A stretch of DNA of 62,953 nucleotides, filler included, from Chiloscyllium plagiosum (taxonomy: Eukaryota), in the NCBI RefSeq assembly GCF_004010195.1. It is 3 parts of 2 records of this genome, joined end to end, with 100 filler letters (N's around TTAATTAATTAA, not from the genome) between each part and the next. Parts side by side here need not be neighbours in the genome. Positions count along the whole stretch, not along the records: positions 31,661 to 60,108 come from NC_057710.1; 2 more parts are not named here. One strand, given 5' to 3'. The stretch's first letter is position 1. The number at the start of each line of letters is the position of its first letter. Below, one piece after another: positions 37,335-51,000 of the stretch. The notes beneath the pieces are model-generated. The model worked only from the letters and a program-made list of their open reading frames with translations. It did not search any database and was not told the origin of the DNA. Position numbers and translations under genes: made by a program.

Positions 37335-38149
37335 TCCAATATTATACTCTTGAAAGTGTTTCTTTCATTGATTGTTCTACATAGATCTCACACAATCTAT
37401 AGATCAAAATCCTAGCAAGGAAACTAAAAAAATATATATAATGAATATTGTCACCACCATGTTCTCATACCTTCATGCCTTATTGATAAACTCAACTGAT
37501 TATAGAGTTTAATTCTGCTACCCAAACTGAAGGTACATTTATGCTCCTATTACCTATAACCACTATATCAATTTCATCTAGCTAATTCCTCACTTTTAGT
37601 GTCTTGTTTATAATGGAATTGGTCAGTAGAAAGCTCTGCACATGTGACTCCATTCCAACAGTTAGAAGTTCAAATTTGATAGCACTGACAGATAAAGTAT
37701 CCTTTAAACCAAGTCCAGGTGGTGGTTATATTCCAATAGATGTCAGCATTGTGGTTTTCTAAAACTGCACTGTGATATATGAGAAGCTAAGGAATAGGAC
37801 GATAACCTAGGTCTTTCAAATCTATTCTACTATTCAATAAGATGGTGGTTGTTCCAGCCTTGTCCACTTTCTCTGCTGTTTGCAGTAACCCTTGATTCGC
37901 CTACATTTAAGAACCTGACTCATTTTTGATTTCAGATTTACGATGCTGCAGTCCATTTTGAAATGTCAGGCAACTCGCACTTTCAGAGAAAGTTTCCTCA
38001 GCCAAAAAAAAAGTTTATCGTCGACTTCGGAAACACACAAGGATTTCATTTGGCCGGTCTAGCTTTCAAGTTACTCGATAATTGCAAAAAAAAAACCCCG
38101 TAAATCAGATATGTAAATATTTGCAACCTTGGTTAGTTGAGTAACTTAA

Positions 38150-38720
38150 CGATTCGGCATTAAAATGCAAAGAAGGAGTAGTAAAAGTTACCAGACACAG
38201 AAGTCGTTTGGAAGACCGTTCTGGTGACACGACACAAACCAAAACACGGCCAGAAAGTGACGCAACTCTCAGCGGTCCCGGTGCAGGGAAAGGGGAGTTC
38301 GCTGTGTAAAAGGAGGTTTGGAGAAAAGGTTTTCAGGAGTTGAGCAGTAACCCAGTCGTCTCTCCTCCGGCCGCCTGCCAGTCGCCACTGTGATTGACGA
38401 CGCCAGCACTGTTTCTGTGACAACGACCGCGAGCGCTCTCGGGACAAACGCGGAGCACGCGGCGATTATGAAATAACGGTCATAACGGTTAAACGCGGGC
38501 ACGGGGGGGGGTAGTGTAACAGCTTGGCACAATAATCAATGGCCACACTTTTAACAAAAAGCCCCGGAGTAATTCTTTATTTTTTAATTCACCGAGCCAA
38601 GGGGACAATCAAAGTCTTCAGAAACCAACGCAACGCGGAGCAGGAGGCCATTCTGCAAGGTAAAGGCTGGTCAGATTTCATAAATTTCTGCTCGCTCCTG
38701 TTAATCCGAAAGAGCCGCGG
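38150..38720. promoter_or_regulatory. CpG-rich promoter candidate, possibly bidirectional, with an RFX X-box-like motif
   Basis: The clearest CpG-rich non-repeat stretch in the window. GTTTCTGTGACAAC at 38411-38424. Candidate donors on the minus strand (TG|gtaact at 38192) and the plus strand (AAG|gtaaag at 38659). Confidence 0.6.
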
Positions 38721-38732
38721 ATGCTGTTCATC

Positions 38733-38835
38733 AGAAACAAGAACAGAAATTACTGCAGGAGCTCAGCAAATCTGGCAGCATCCGTGGAGAGAAATCAGAG
38801 TTAACATTTCCAGTCGAGTGACCCTTCCTCAGGGC
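38733..38835 (-). mobile_element. PLE terminal-repeat fragment (second subfamily)
   Basis: Reverse-complement match to 26360-26470, including ctgaggaagggtcactcgac..gaaa. Confidence 0.75.
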
Positions 38836-39585
38836 ATATGTTGTTAAAGAATTTATTCATCTCTGCTTTCAAAATCCCATGTGCTTGCCCAGAACCTTGT
38901 CAGGAAGTGTTCCAAAAGCACTCATCCCTCATAGGAAAATAATCTTTGTTTAAAATGGGTAATTCTGATTTTTAAACTATTTCTAGATTCTCCCCGAAAA
39001 AGAAACATACACTCCACAATCATGTCAGTACACCTCAGGATTTTAGGGGGTCCCTGACGTACAAACATCTGAATTACAAACAACTGCACTTGCATAATCC
39101 CTTTTGGGGTTTTGTTTTAAAGAGCCAACATATGAACGTTTCCTATACTTAGGAACACTTGTTTTATGTTGTCCTATACTGTGTTCCAATTTGTGTACAA
39201 ATTTTCTTGCAAACAGACTCAGGAATGGAAACTGTTTGCAATCGGTTTATCATAGCGTCTCTCACTCTTCTGAATTCCAGCAGATACAAACCTAGCCTGT
39301 CTAAGCTTGCCTCATGAGACAACCTGCCCTTTCCATACATAGTCTGAACTGCATCCAACATATTTACATCCTTCCTTAAATTAAGAGACCATTACTGAAT
39401 ACTTATCCACTGCTTTCCTATCCACGGATTTGCCTACTTGCGAGGTTCTCTCAATAGTTCACAAGGTCAGCCTCAAAGAGATGGAAGTGTAATTACTGAC
39501 AGTGTCAATTCAAAAGGTCACAAGGTTGACCCCAAAGAGTAGATGCTTCCAAAAATGAGAACAACTGCAGAGATTCATCCAGTAC

Positions 39586-42500
39586 AGTCACTGAGATGTA
39601 CAGCATGAAAACAGACCCTTCCGTCCAACCCAATCTAGTCCCACCTGCCAGCACCTGGCCCATATCCCTCCAAACCCTTCCTATTTATATACCCATCCAA
39701 ATGCCTTTTAAATGTTGCAAATGTGCCAGGCTCCACCACTTCCTCTGGCAGCTCATTCCATACACGTACCACTCTCTGTGTGAAAACATTGCCCCCTAGG
39801 TCCCTTTTATATCTTTCCCTCTCTCCCTAAACCTGTGCCCTCTAGTTCTGGACTCCCCGACTCTACGGAAAAGACTTTGTCTATTTATCCTATCTGTGCC
39901 CCTCATAATTTTGTAAACCTCTATAAGATCACCCCTCAACTTCTGATGCTCCAGGGAAAACAGACCCAGCCTGTTCAGCTTCTCCCCATAGCTCAAATCC
40001 TCCAAGGCAAAAGTGAAGACTGCAGATGCTGGAAACCAGAGTTTAGATCAGAGTGGTGCTGGAAAAGCACAGCAGATCAGGCAGCATCTGAGGAGCAGGA
40101 TTTTCTTGCTCCTCTGCTGCCTGACTTGCTGTGCTTTTCCAGCACCACTATGATCTAAACTCAAATTCTCCAACCCTGGCAATGTTCTTGTAAATCTTTT
40201 CTGAACCCTTTCAAGTTTCACAACATCCTTCTATATGAAGGAGACCAGAATTGCACGCAATATTCCAACAGTGGCCTAACCAGTGTCCTGTACAGCCGCA
40301 ACATGACATCCCAACTCCTGTACTCAATACTGTGACCAATAAAAGAAAGCATACCAAACGCCTTCTTCACTATCCTATCTACCTGTGACTCCACTTTCAA
40401 GGAACTTGCACTTCAAGGTCTCTTTGTTCAGCAACACTTTCTAGGACCATACCACTAAGTGTATAAGTCCTGCTAAGATTTGCTTTCCCAAAATGCAGCA
40501 CCTCGCATTTTTCTGAATTAAATTCCATCTGCCACTTCTCGGCCCATTGGTCCATCTGATCAAGATCCTGTTGTAATCTAAGGTAACCTTCTTCACTGTC
40601 CACTACACCTCCAATTTTGGTGCCATCTGCAAACTTACTAACTATATCTCTTATGCTCGCATCCAAATCATTTATATAAATGATAAAAAGTAGAGGACCC
40701 AGCACCGATCCTTGTGACACTCCACTGGTCACAGGCCTCCAGTATGAAAAACAACCCTCCAGCACCACCCTCTGTCTTCTACCTTTGAGCCAGTTCTGTA
40801 TCCAAATGGCGAGTACTCCCTGTATTCCATGAGATCTAACCTTGCTAACTAGTCTCCTGTGGGGAACCTTGTCGAAAGCCTTACTGAAGTCCATATACAT
40901 CACATCTACCGCTTTGTCCTCATCAATCCTCTTTGTTACTTCTTCAAAAAACTCAATCAAGTTTGTGAGACATGATTTCCCATGCACAATCAGTCCTTGC
41001 CAAATACATGTACATCCTGTCCCTCAGGAGTCCTTCCAACAACTTGCCCACCACCGAGGTCAGTCTCACTGGTATCTAGTTCCCTGGCTTGTCCTTACCA
41101 CCCTTCTTAAACAGTGGCACCACGTTAGCCAACCTACAGTCCACCGGCACCTCACCTGTGACTATCGATGATGCAAATATCTCAGCAAGAGGCCCAGCAA
41201 TCACTTCCTTAGCTTCCCATAGAGTTCTAGGGTACACCTGATCAGGTCCTGGGGATTTATCCACCATTATGCATTTCAAGACATCCAGCACTTCCTCCTC
41301 TGTAACATGGACATTTTGCAAGGTGTCACTATCTATTTCCCTACGTTCTATATCTTCCATATCCTTTTCCACATTAAATAATGATGCAAAATACTCGTTT
41401 AGTATCTCCCCCATTTTCTGCAGCTCCACACAAAGGCCGCCCTGCTGATCTTTGAGGGGCCCTGTTCTCTCCCTAGTTACCCCTTTGTCCTTAATATATT
41501 TGTAAAACTCTTTGGATTCTCCTTAATTCTATTTGCCAAACCTATTTCATGTCCCCATTTTGCCCTCCTGATTTCCCTCTTAAGTATACTCCTACTGTCT
41601 TTATACTCTTCTAATGATTCACTTGATCTATCCTGTCTATACCTGACATATACTTCCTTCTTTTTCTTAACCAAAGCCTCAATTTCTTTAGTCATCCAGT
41701 ATTCCCTATACCTACCAGGCTTTCCTTTCACCCTAACAGGAATATACTTTCTCTGGATTCTCATTATCTCATTTCTGAAGGCTTCCCATTTTCCAGTCGT
41801 CCCTTTACTGTGAACATCTGTCCCTAATCAGCTTTCGAAAGTTCTTGCCTTGTACTGTCAAAATTGCCCTTACTCCAATTTAGAACTTCAACTTTTAGAT
41901 CAGGTCTATCCTTTTTCATCACTACTTTAAATCTAATGGAATGATGGTCGCTGGCCCCAAAGTCCTTCCGCACTGACACCTCAGTCACCTACCCTGCCTT
42001 ATTTCCCAAGAATGGGTCAAGTTTTGCATCTACTCTAGTAGGTACATCCACATACTGAATCAGAACATTTTCTTGTACACACTTGACAAATTCCTCTCCA
42101 TCTACACCCTTAACACTATGGCAGTCCCAGTCTATGTTTGGAAAGTTAAAATCCCCTACCATAACTATCCTATTATTCTTACAGATAGCTGAGATCTCCT
42201 TACAAATTTGTTCCTCAATTTCCCTCTGTCTATTGGGGGGTCTATAATACAGTCCCAATAAGGTATCATCCCTTTCTTATTTCTCAGTTCCACCCAAATA
42301 ACTTATCTGGATCTATTTCCAGGAATATCCTCCCTCAGCACAGCTATAATGCTATCCCTTATCAAAAATGCCACTCCCCCTCCTCTCTTGCCTCCCTTTC
42401 TATCCTTCCTGCAGCATTTGTATCCTGGAACATTAAGCTGCCAGTCCTGCCCATCCTTGAGCCATGTCTCTGTAATTGCTATGATATCCCATCCCATGTT

Positions 42501-43500
42501 CCTAACCATGCCCTGAGTTCATCTGCCTTCCCTGTNNNNNNNNNNNNNNNNNNNNNNNNNNNNNNNNNNNNNNNNNNNNNNNNNNNNNNNNNNNNNNNNN
42601 NNNNNNNNNNNNNNNNNNNNNNNNNNNNNNNNNNNNNNNNNNNNNNNNNNNNNNNNNNNNNNNNNNNNNNNNNNNNNNNNNNNNNNNNNNNNNNNNNNNN
42701 NNNNNNNNNNNNNNNNNNNNNNNNNNNNNNNNNNNNNNNNNNNNNNNNNNNNNNNNNNNNNNNNNNNNNNNNNNNNNNNNNNNNNNNNNNNNNNNNNNNN
42801 NNNNNNNNNNNNNNNNNNNNNNNNNNNNNNNNNNNNNNNNNNNNNNNNNNNNNNNNNNNNNNNNNNNNNNNNNNNNNNNNNNNNNNNNNNNNNNGTTCAT
42901 CTGCCTTCCCTGTTAGGCCCCTAGCATTGAAATAAATGCAGTTTAATTTATTATTAATTTACCTTGTCCCTGCCTGCCCTGACTGTTTCACTCGCTTCTG
43001 TTCTCAACTATACCAGTGTCAGATTGATCTCTTTCCTCACTATCTCCCTGGGTCCTAACCCTCACTTTACTAGTTTAAATCCTCCCGAGCAGCTCTAGCA
43101 AATCTCCCTGCCAGTATATTAGTCCCCTTCCAATTTAGGTGCAAACCGTCCTTCTTGTACAGGTCACCTCTACCCCAAAAGAGATTCCAATGGTCCAAAA
43201 ATGTGGATCCTTCTCCCATACACCAGCTCCTTAGCCATGCATTCATCTGTTCTATCCTCCTATTCCTGCCCTCACTAGCTCATAGCACCGGGAGTAATCC
43301 AGTTATTACTACTCTTGAGGGCCTCCTTTTTAAATTCCTGCCTAACTCTCTGTAATCTCCCTTCAGAATCTCAACCTTTTCCCTTCCTATGTCATTGGTT
43401 CCAATGTGGACAATGACCTCTTGCTGGCCCCTCTCCCCCTTGAGAACATCCTGCACCCTGTCTGAGACATCCTTGATCCAGGAAAACAACATACCATTCT
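39586..43500 (-). mobile_element. Near full-length CR1-type (HER1-like) LINE: ORF1 SGNH-esterase part plus ORF2 APE-RT, frameshifted
   Basis: In order: IVHIGTNDIG..RVVITGLLP (ORF1); AITETWL, YRPPN, GDFNFP (APE); KSPGPD, DFSKAFDKV, QGSVLGP, FADGTK (RT, catalytic DD mutated). Confidence 0.95.
40006..40159. mobile_element. Fold-back PLE terminal-repeat mini-insertion inside the LINE, 14-bp target duplication
   Basis: ctcaaatcctccaa (39992-40005) and ctcaaattctccaa (40160-40173) flank inverted arms. Confidence 0.9.
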
Positions 43501-44220
43501 GATTTAGGTCAAACTTTTTATTGTGTTAATTTGCTGTTAAAAATGTCAAAACATAAATCAGAAAGTGCCATCCAAAATCCTGAAACACATAAAAGAAAAG
43601 AAAAGGTATTGACATAAGCACAAAAAGTGGAAATCTTATAAAATTTAACAGTAGCTTAAGTGGAGCCACGATCAGAAGTCAACTACTTATTCAATCAAGT
43701 CGAAAGCAAAGTAATTTGTGCATGTACAGCATTTAGTGATCTAACAAACGCAAAAGTAGTGCATGTGGTGAGAGTCAAAGTTACGGTGAAAATAGAAAGA
43801 GCATTAAGCTTGTGGATAGAGAAAATGAATCATCCAGGTCCAGATCAGGTGTACCTAGGAACCCTATGGGAAGCTAGGGAAGTGATTGCTTGGCCCCTTG
43901 CTGAGATATTTGTATCATCGATAGTCACAAGTGAGGTGCCGGAAAGACTGGAGGTTGGCTAACATGGTGCCACTGTTTAAGAAGAGTGGTAAGGACAAGC
44001 CAGGGAACTAGAGACCAGTGAGGCTGATGTCAGTGGTGGGCAAGTTGTTGGAGCGAATTCTGAGGGATAGGATGTTGTTTTATTTGGAAAGGCAAGGACT
44101 GATTGGGGTAGTCAAGATAGCTTTGTGTATGGGAAATCATGTCTCACAAACTTGATTGAGTTTTTTGAAAAAGTAACAAAGAGGATTGATGAGAACAGAG
44201 TGGTAGATGTGATCTATATG

Positions 44221-44350
44221 GAGACAGTGAGGTCTGCAGATGCTGGAGATCAGAGTTGAGAGTGTGTTGCTGTAAAAGCACAGCAGGTCAGGCAGCATCT
44301 GAGGAGCAGGAAAATCGTGTTTCGGGCCGGAGCCCTTCATCAGAAATAAG
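44221..44350 (-). mobile_element. PLE terminal-repeat fragment inserted in the LINE
   Basis: Interrupts the LINE at gatctatatgg|...|ttcagtaagg. Minus-strand ctgatgaagggctccggcccgaaac. Confidence 0.9.
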
Positions 44351-44749
44351 GTTCAGTAAGGCATTCAACAAGGACCCCCATGTGAGACTAATTAGTAAGG
44401 TTAGATCTCATGGAATACAAGGGAGAACTAGCCATTTGGATACAAAACTGGCTCAAAGGTAGAAGACAAAGGGTGGTGGTGGAGGGTTATTTTTCAGACT
44501 GTGACCAAGGATTGGTGCTGGGTCCACTACTTTTCGTCATAATTGATTTGGATATGAGCATAAGAGGTATAGTTCATAAGTTTACAGATGACACCAAAAT
44601 TGGAGGTGTAGTGGACATCGAAGAAGGTTATCTCAGATTACAACAGGACCTTGATCAGATGGGCCAATGAGCTGATAAGTGGCAGATGGAGTTTAATTTA
44701 GGTGAATGCGAGATGCTGCATTTTGGAAAGCAAATCTTAGCAGGACTTT

Positions 44750-45072
44750 TAGATTAGATTAGATTACTTACAGTGTGGAAACAGGCCCTTTGGCCCAACA
44801 AGTCCACACCGGCCCGCCGAAGCACAACCCACCCAGAACCATTCCCCGACATTTACCCCTTCACCTAACACTACGGGCAATTTAACTTGGCCAATTCACC
44901 TAACGTGCACGTTTTTGGACTGTGGGAGGAAACCGGAGCACCCAGAGGAAACCCACGCAGACAAGGGGAGAACATGCAAACTTCACACAGAGAGTCGCCT
45001 GAGGCAGGAATTGAACCTGGGTCTCTGGCGCTGTGAGGCAGCAGTGCTAACCACTGTGCCACCGTGCCGTCC
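44750..45072 (-). mobile_element. HE1-type SINE inserted in the LINE
   Basis: Reverse complement of 36434-36750, with a (ttaga)n tail. Confidence 0.95.
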
Positions 45073-46894
45073 AAAAACAGACTTATGCACCTAATGGTAA
45101 GGTCTTGGGGAGTGTTGCTGAAGAAAGAGACCTTGGAGTGCAGGTTCATAGTTCCTTGAAAGTGGAGTCGTAGGTAGATAGGATTGTGTGGGAGGCATTT
45201 GGTATGCTTTCCTTTATTGATCAGAGTATTGAGTACAGGAGTAGGGAAGTCATGCTGTGGCTGTACAAGATATTGGTTAGTACACTTTTGGAATATTGTG
45301 TGCAGTTCTGGTCTCCTTCCTATCGGAAGGATGTTGTGAAACTTGAAAGGGTTCAGAAAAGATTTACAAGGATGTTGCCAGGTTTGGAGATTTGAGTGTT
45401 AGGGAGAGGTTGAATGGACTGGGGCTGTTTTCCCTGCAGTGTAGGAGGTTGAGTGGTGACCTTCTAGAGGTTTATAAAATCATGAGGGGCATGGATAGGA
45501 TAAATAAGACAACATCTCTTCCCTGGGGTGGGGAGTCCAGAACTAGAGGACATAGGTTTAGGGTGAGAGGGGAAAGATATAAAAGGGACTTAAGGTGCAA
45601 CGTTGTCACGCAGAGGGTAGTGTGTGTATGGAATGAGCTGCCAGAAGAAGTAGTGGGGGGCTAGTACGAATGCAACATTTAAAAGGCATCTGGATGGGTA
45701 AGTGAATTGGAAAGGCTTGGAGGGATATGGGCCGGGTGCTGGCAAGTGGGATTAGATTGCGTTGGGATAGCTGGTTGGCATGGACGAGTTAGACGGAAGA
45801 GTCTGTTTCTGTGCTGTACGTCTCTACGACTCTATAAAATGCTCCCATCAATCTTGCAAGAATTCAAGCCAAGTGTATAAAGATCTACAATGTGTTCCAA
45901 TGAGGTGACTTGTGTTGAGGGACAAGCAAAGAAACATTTGCAGCCAGCAGAGGATGGCTTGATAACCTCAGGAAGCATTATTTGTTGCATAATGAGAGCC
46001 TAGAGGGGGAGGCAGCATCAGCAGGCCATGAAGTTGTCAAGGCATCCAGAGAAGTTATAGCAACTTATTGAGGAGAAAGGTACAGACCCAAGCAAGTTTT
46101 TAATGCTGACCAAATGGTAATATGGTGGAAGCATATGCCAACACAAACATATGTCTCAAGACGAGAAAAGAATTTTAGGCTTCAAGGCTGTGAAGAACCT
46201 TATGACTCCCTTGTGTGGCAACACTGGTAACCATATGATACAAGCAAGTAAATGGAATGCTTACAAAAATGCCTTTCACAGGACTTGTTTACTTGATATT
46301 TTAGATTGACCAACAAAAAGCTTTCTATTGAAAACAATGTGTGAACCCACTTATCCCCGATCGGCAAGGAGCAATTAAAACAATTAAGACACAAGCAAGA
46401 TGCAATGTCAGAAAGTTATGAATAGATTTTAATGATGTCAGAGAGAGTTCATAGAAGGATAAAAGTGATGTCCAGACTCACTGCAGGATATTTAATTTTC
46501 AGCTGTTCCATATGTGGTTGTAAACCATGCACTCCCAACCTGGCCTGCTGTGTAGAGGGGCTAGGCACGTCCTAATTCTTCTCAACTTCTTGGACTGGAA
46601 CGCCCTTTTAAAGAAGGTTGTATTTGTCACCTCAGCTTCATTATTCATTCTTAGCTGCGATTCAGGTATCTATCAGAGCGGGTTGGCCAATAGTTTTGTG
46701 TGAGGAACTAGATTGCAACTTATTTTTCTCTTTTGGGGATTGATCAGTAAATTTTGGAAAGAAAAGGTTTGTCACGACATCACAACGTTAAAAGTGATTT
46801 TTAAAAAAATGTTGAGGTATGAAGATAACACAGACAACATTTACAGCAAAGTAACGAATTGATCATTTTAGAAAATATATATATTAAAAAAAGA

Positions 46895-47030
46895 TGTTGA
46901 GAGTGTAGTGCTGGAAAAGCACAGCAGGTCAGGCAGCATTCAAGGAGCAGAAGAATTGACATTTCGGGTATAAGTCCTTCATCAGGAATGAGGTTTGTGT
47001 GTCGGGGCTGAGAGATAAATGGAAGGGGGA
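46895..47030 (-). mobile_element. PLE terminal-repeat fragment with decayed hammerhead
   Basis: gacatttcgggtataagtccttcatcag at 46958-46985. Confidence 0.85.
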
Positions 47031-48039
47031 TTCATTGCACTTTCTCCTATATAACAAAAATGACCATTAAAATGTGCCAAGCAGAAGAGGGAAGTATTCA
47101 AAACGTTTGGCCTATTTGGTTAAGAAGAAGGTTTTGAGTGAGACAGAATAAGCCCCAAGTTCTGATCACCAACGAGGGGGTAGAGACCATGGCCAAGCTA
47201 AGGAGTTGGATTTAATCAACATTGACCTGGAGTTGGCTTCTGGAGGTGCACATTCTAAGCTAGCTTCAGCACAATTCATAGAAACCTGGAAATCGAAAAC
47301 AGGTTTCCTTGCAGCCAGAGATTTTTTTCCTCTCCCGATTCATGTGTATGTGTGTGTTTGTACCTACGTGTGTGCAGTGGGATATGCTCACACAGTTTTG
47401 GATTTCAGTCACACTCACTCTCATCCACACCCACTCACATACACATTGAGTCTGGTTGTGGGAGAATCCTGAGATAAGGGAGTGAGCCAAATGCACATTC
47501 ACTCACAGTCTGATATGCATTTGCTTGCTGGGGCTGGGAGGTTTTTGGATCCCTGTGATTGAGGAGTTCACAACAACTGTGAAGATACCATGATGTACAG
47601 TTTTCCACTGTGTGCAGCCATCACCCCAGCCAGGAGGTTCTTTTGCCTACAGTGCCCTTAAAGGAATCCTACCTTCTTCTGTTCCACCACCTCCCTACCC
47701 AGCTGCCAGCGTCTTTCCTCATACCCTCAACATAACTCTATAGCAGATACCTTCTCATTCCTCTAACCACCTGTTAGGTAACTGTTATTCCCCATACCCT
47801 GTCACTCAGCAACCCCTCCCTCAAAGCCTATTTTCTCTGCTTCCCACCACCAGCTGAGTTACTGCTGTTGCCATTGGAGTTCATGCCTCAGGATGAGCCT
47901 TGTCTTTGACTGCTGCTTTAATAAGACTTTTTTCTCTCCTGCATTCTATCAGCTACAAATCCGGTCGAGCATCAACTTGTGATTGGAAAAGCAGCTCCTT
48001 GCTGAATCAGCCAGCTTGTATTTTGAACCTTGGTTCATG

Positions 48040-51000
48040 GACCAATAAAAGCTTTATAAGCCAGTATGTAGAAGGTCCTACAAGGGGGAATGTAGGGGTT
48101 CAGTTCTAGACTTAATTTAGATAATAAAACTGAGCAAATGGTTGAATTGTTGGTGGGGGACCATTTTATGGACATCAATCATAACCCCAGTAGATTCAAA
48201 ATTGTAATCAAAAGGACAATGATCGGCTTGAAACCAAAATTCTTGACTGGGAGAAGGCCAATTTTAATAAGATCAGGTATGATTTGGTCAGAGTGGACTA
48301 GGAGCAGATACTTTTTGGTAAATCTGGGTCAGGACAATGGAACACATTCAAGAAGAAAATAGGGAGAGTACTGGGCCAACATATTCCAATAAAGACAAAG
48401 GGTGAGACTAACAAATCCTTGGATACCGAGGGATATTCTTGATCGAATAAAGAGAAAAATGGAGACTTACAGCAAATTCTGAGTGCTTAAAATAACATAA
48501 GCCCTCGAGACTGCAGAATATGGAAAGTGTAGCTTAAAAAGGAAATTTGGAGAACAAAGAGGGGCACGAAAGAATAATGGTGGATAAAATAAAGGAAAAT
48601 CCCAAGTTATTTTACAAGCACATTAAGGATAAATGGATTACTAAGGAAAAATTAGGGCCCATTAAGGACTGCAGTGGTAATTTCTGCATGGAAATTAATA
48701 TTTTGTGTCAGTGTTCACCAGTGAGAGGGACGGTATGAGTAATCAGGAATAAGGATTGATGTATTTAAAGAAATTAGCATATTCAGAAGGTTCTGATTGG
48801 ACTGGCACACTTCAAAGTAGATTAATTTCCATGGCTGAATGAAATGGATCCGAAACCGTTGAGTGAGGCATTAATTGCACAATGTTCTGCATCATTCATG
48901 ACATCTCAGATACTGCAGCAGTTCATGTTCAGATGTACCAAAGATCTGGACAGTATCCATGCTTGGGCTGACAAGTGGCAAATAATATACATGCAACACA
49001 TATACCAGCTAATGACCATCTCCAATAAGAGACAATCTAACCAAAACCCCTTGACATTCAGTGGTGTTACCATCACTGAATCCCCCACTGTCAACATCCT
49101 TAGGGTTACTATTAGCTAGAAACTCAACTAGATTTACCATATAAACACAATGGGTACAAGAGCTGGTCAGCGGCTAGGAATACTGCTGTGAATAACTCAA
49201 ACTGACTCCTCAAAGACTGACAACCATCTACAAGGCACTCAAGCCGCTGAGAGACAAGGCTGGGACCTACCAAGCGGTGTCGGGAGACCAACCGAGGGAC
49301 TAAAGGGGGGACAAAAGAAGAAGGAAACAAAAGGAGCTGCGATTGGAGCGTCCTACTCTGCTGCTATCTTGACTGGAACTTATAGGAAGGATATTATTAA
49401 ACTGGAGAGGGTTCAAAAAAGATTTGCCGGGAAAGGAGGCTTTGAGTTATAGTGATAGGCTGGGACTTCTTTTACTGGTGTGCTTGAGGTTGAGGGATGA
49501 CCTTATAGAAGTTTATAAAATCATGAGGGGCACAAATAAGGTGAACAGCAAAGGCCTTTTCCCGAAGGTGGAGGAGTTAAAAATTAGAGGGCATATTTTT
49601 AAGGTGAGAGGAGAAAAACTTTTAAAAGGGTAGAAGGAGCAACATTTTTACACAGAAACTGACTAGTGTGTGGAATGAATTGCAGAGTACAGTTTCAATG
49701 TTTAAATTTAGATAAGTACATGAAAAGGAAAGGTTTGGAGAAAGATGAATCAAACACAGGCAGGTGGGATTAGTTTAATTTGGGAACTTGGTTGGCTTTG
49801 ACTAGTTGGACTGAAGGGTCTGTTTCCATGCTGTAAGACTCTATGACAAGTCAGGAGTGTGACAGAATACTCCCTATTTGCTAAGATGAGTGAAGCTTCA
49901 ACAACACTTAAGAAGCTTGACACTGTCTAGGATAAAGCAATCCTCTTGATTGACACTACATCTACAAACATCCACTCCTTCCATCACTAGCGGTCGTGTG
50001 TACTATTTACAAGATGCACTGCAGAAATTCACCAAAGTACCTTACACAGCACCTTCCAAACTCATGACCACTTCCATTTAGAAGGACAAGGGCAGCAGAT
50101 ACGTAGCGACACCACCACATGCAGTTCCACTCCAAGCTACTTATCATCCTGACTTGAAAACATATCACCATTCCTTCACTGTTGCTGGGTCAAAATCCTG
50201 AAATTCCATCCCTAGGGCATTGTGCTCTATCTACAACACATGGACTGCAGCGGTTCAAGAAGGCAGCTCCATCACCTTCTCAAGGGCAACTACGGATGAG
50301 AAGTAAAAGCTGGTAAGTCAATGACTCTCATGTCCCACACGTGAACAAATAAAAAGACAAGGGAGGAAATAGCAGGAGTGCTGGTAATACTTTTCAATTC
50401 CTCTATGGCCACAGAAGAGTGCAAGAGGACTGGAGGACAGCCAATGTGGTACCATTATTCAAGAAGGAAGAGAACCAGCAAACTACAGTCCAGCCAGTCT
50501 AACTGGTGGGGAAACTATTGGATGCAAGTCTGAGGGAAAACAATTAATCTGACCTTCAAAAGGCAAGGATTAATCAAAAAGAATCAGATGGTTTTGTTAA
50601 AGACAGGTCGTGTCTGACTAAGTTGATTGAATCTTTCGGAGAAGGAACCATGTGTGTAGATCAGGACAGTGCATTCAACATGGTCTGCTTGGACTTCCGC
50701 GAGGGTGATAATGTCCTGCATGGTAGCATGATAGCGAAGGTAAGAGCTCACTGGTAAGATGAGAAAGATTTAAAAAGGACATGACGGGCAATGTTTTTAC
50801 ACAGAGAGTGGTTAGTGTGTTGAATGAACTGCCAGAGGATGTTGTGGATGCAGGTACAGTTACAATGTTTAAAAGATGTTTGGATAAGTACATGAATAGG
50901 AAATGTTTGGAGGGATATGGGCTAAATGCAAGCAGGTAGGACTAGTTTAGTTTGGGAACATGGTTGGTGTGGACCATGACTCCATGAGATCCAAAGAAAT

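Larger units (their letters stand above)
43833..45835 (+). mobile_element. CR1-type LINE (RT to 3' end) inserted in Tigger
   Basis: PGPDQVY...WEARE, FTDDTKIGG and LEYCVQFWSP, with the family tail at ~45835. Confidence 0.95.
43500..46250 (+). mobile_element. Tigger/pogo transposase remnant split by a LINE insertion
   Basis: The 5' part has ..KVEIL..IERALSLWIE. The 3' part (45840-46250) has FAASRGWLDNLRK, GEAASA, KQVFNAD..WK.MP..TY and GFKA, which are Tigger/TIGD1 motifs. Confidence 0.85.

Noticed and set aside
38539..38847. 102-aa plus-strand ORF at the CpG-rich region
   Set aside because: Its 3' third runs through a PLE repeat. It has no recognisable domain and no convincing in-frame downstream exon.
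40397..42509. Active autonomous LINE
   Set aside because: ORF2 is broken into several frames and the catalytic motif reads FADG.
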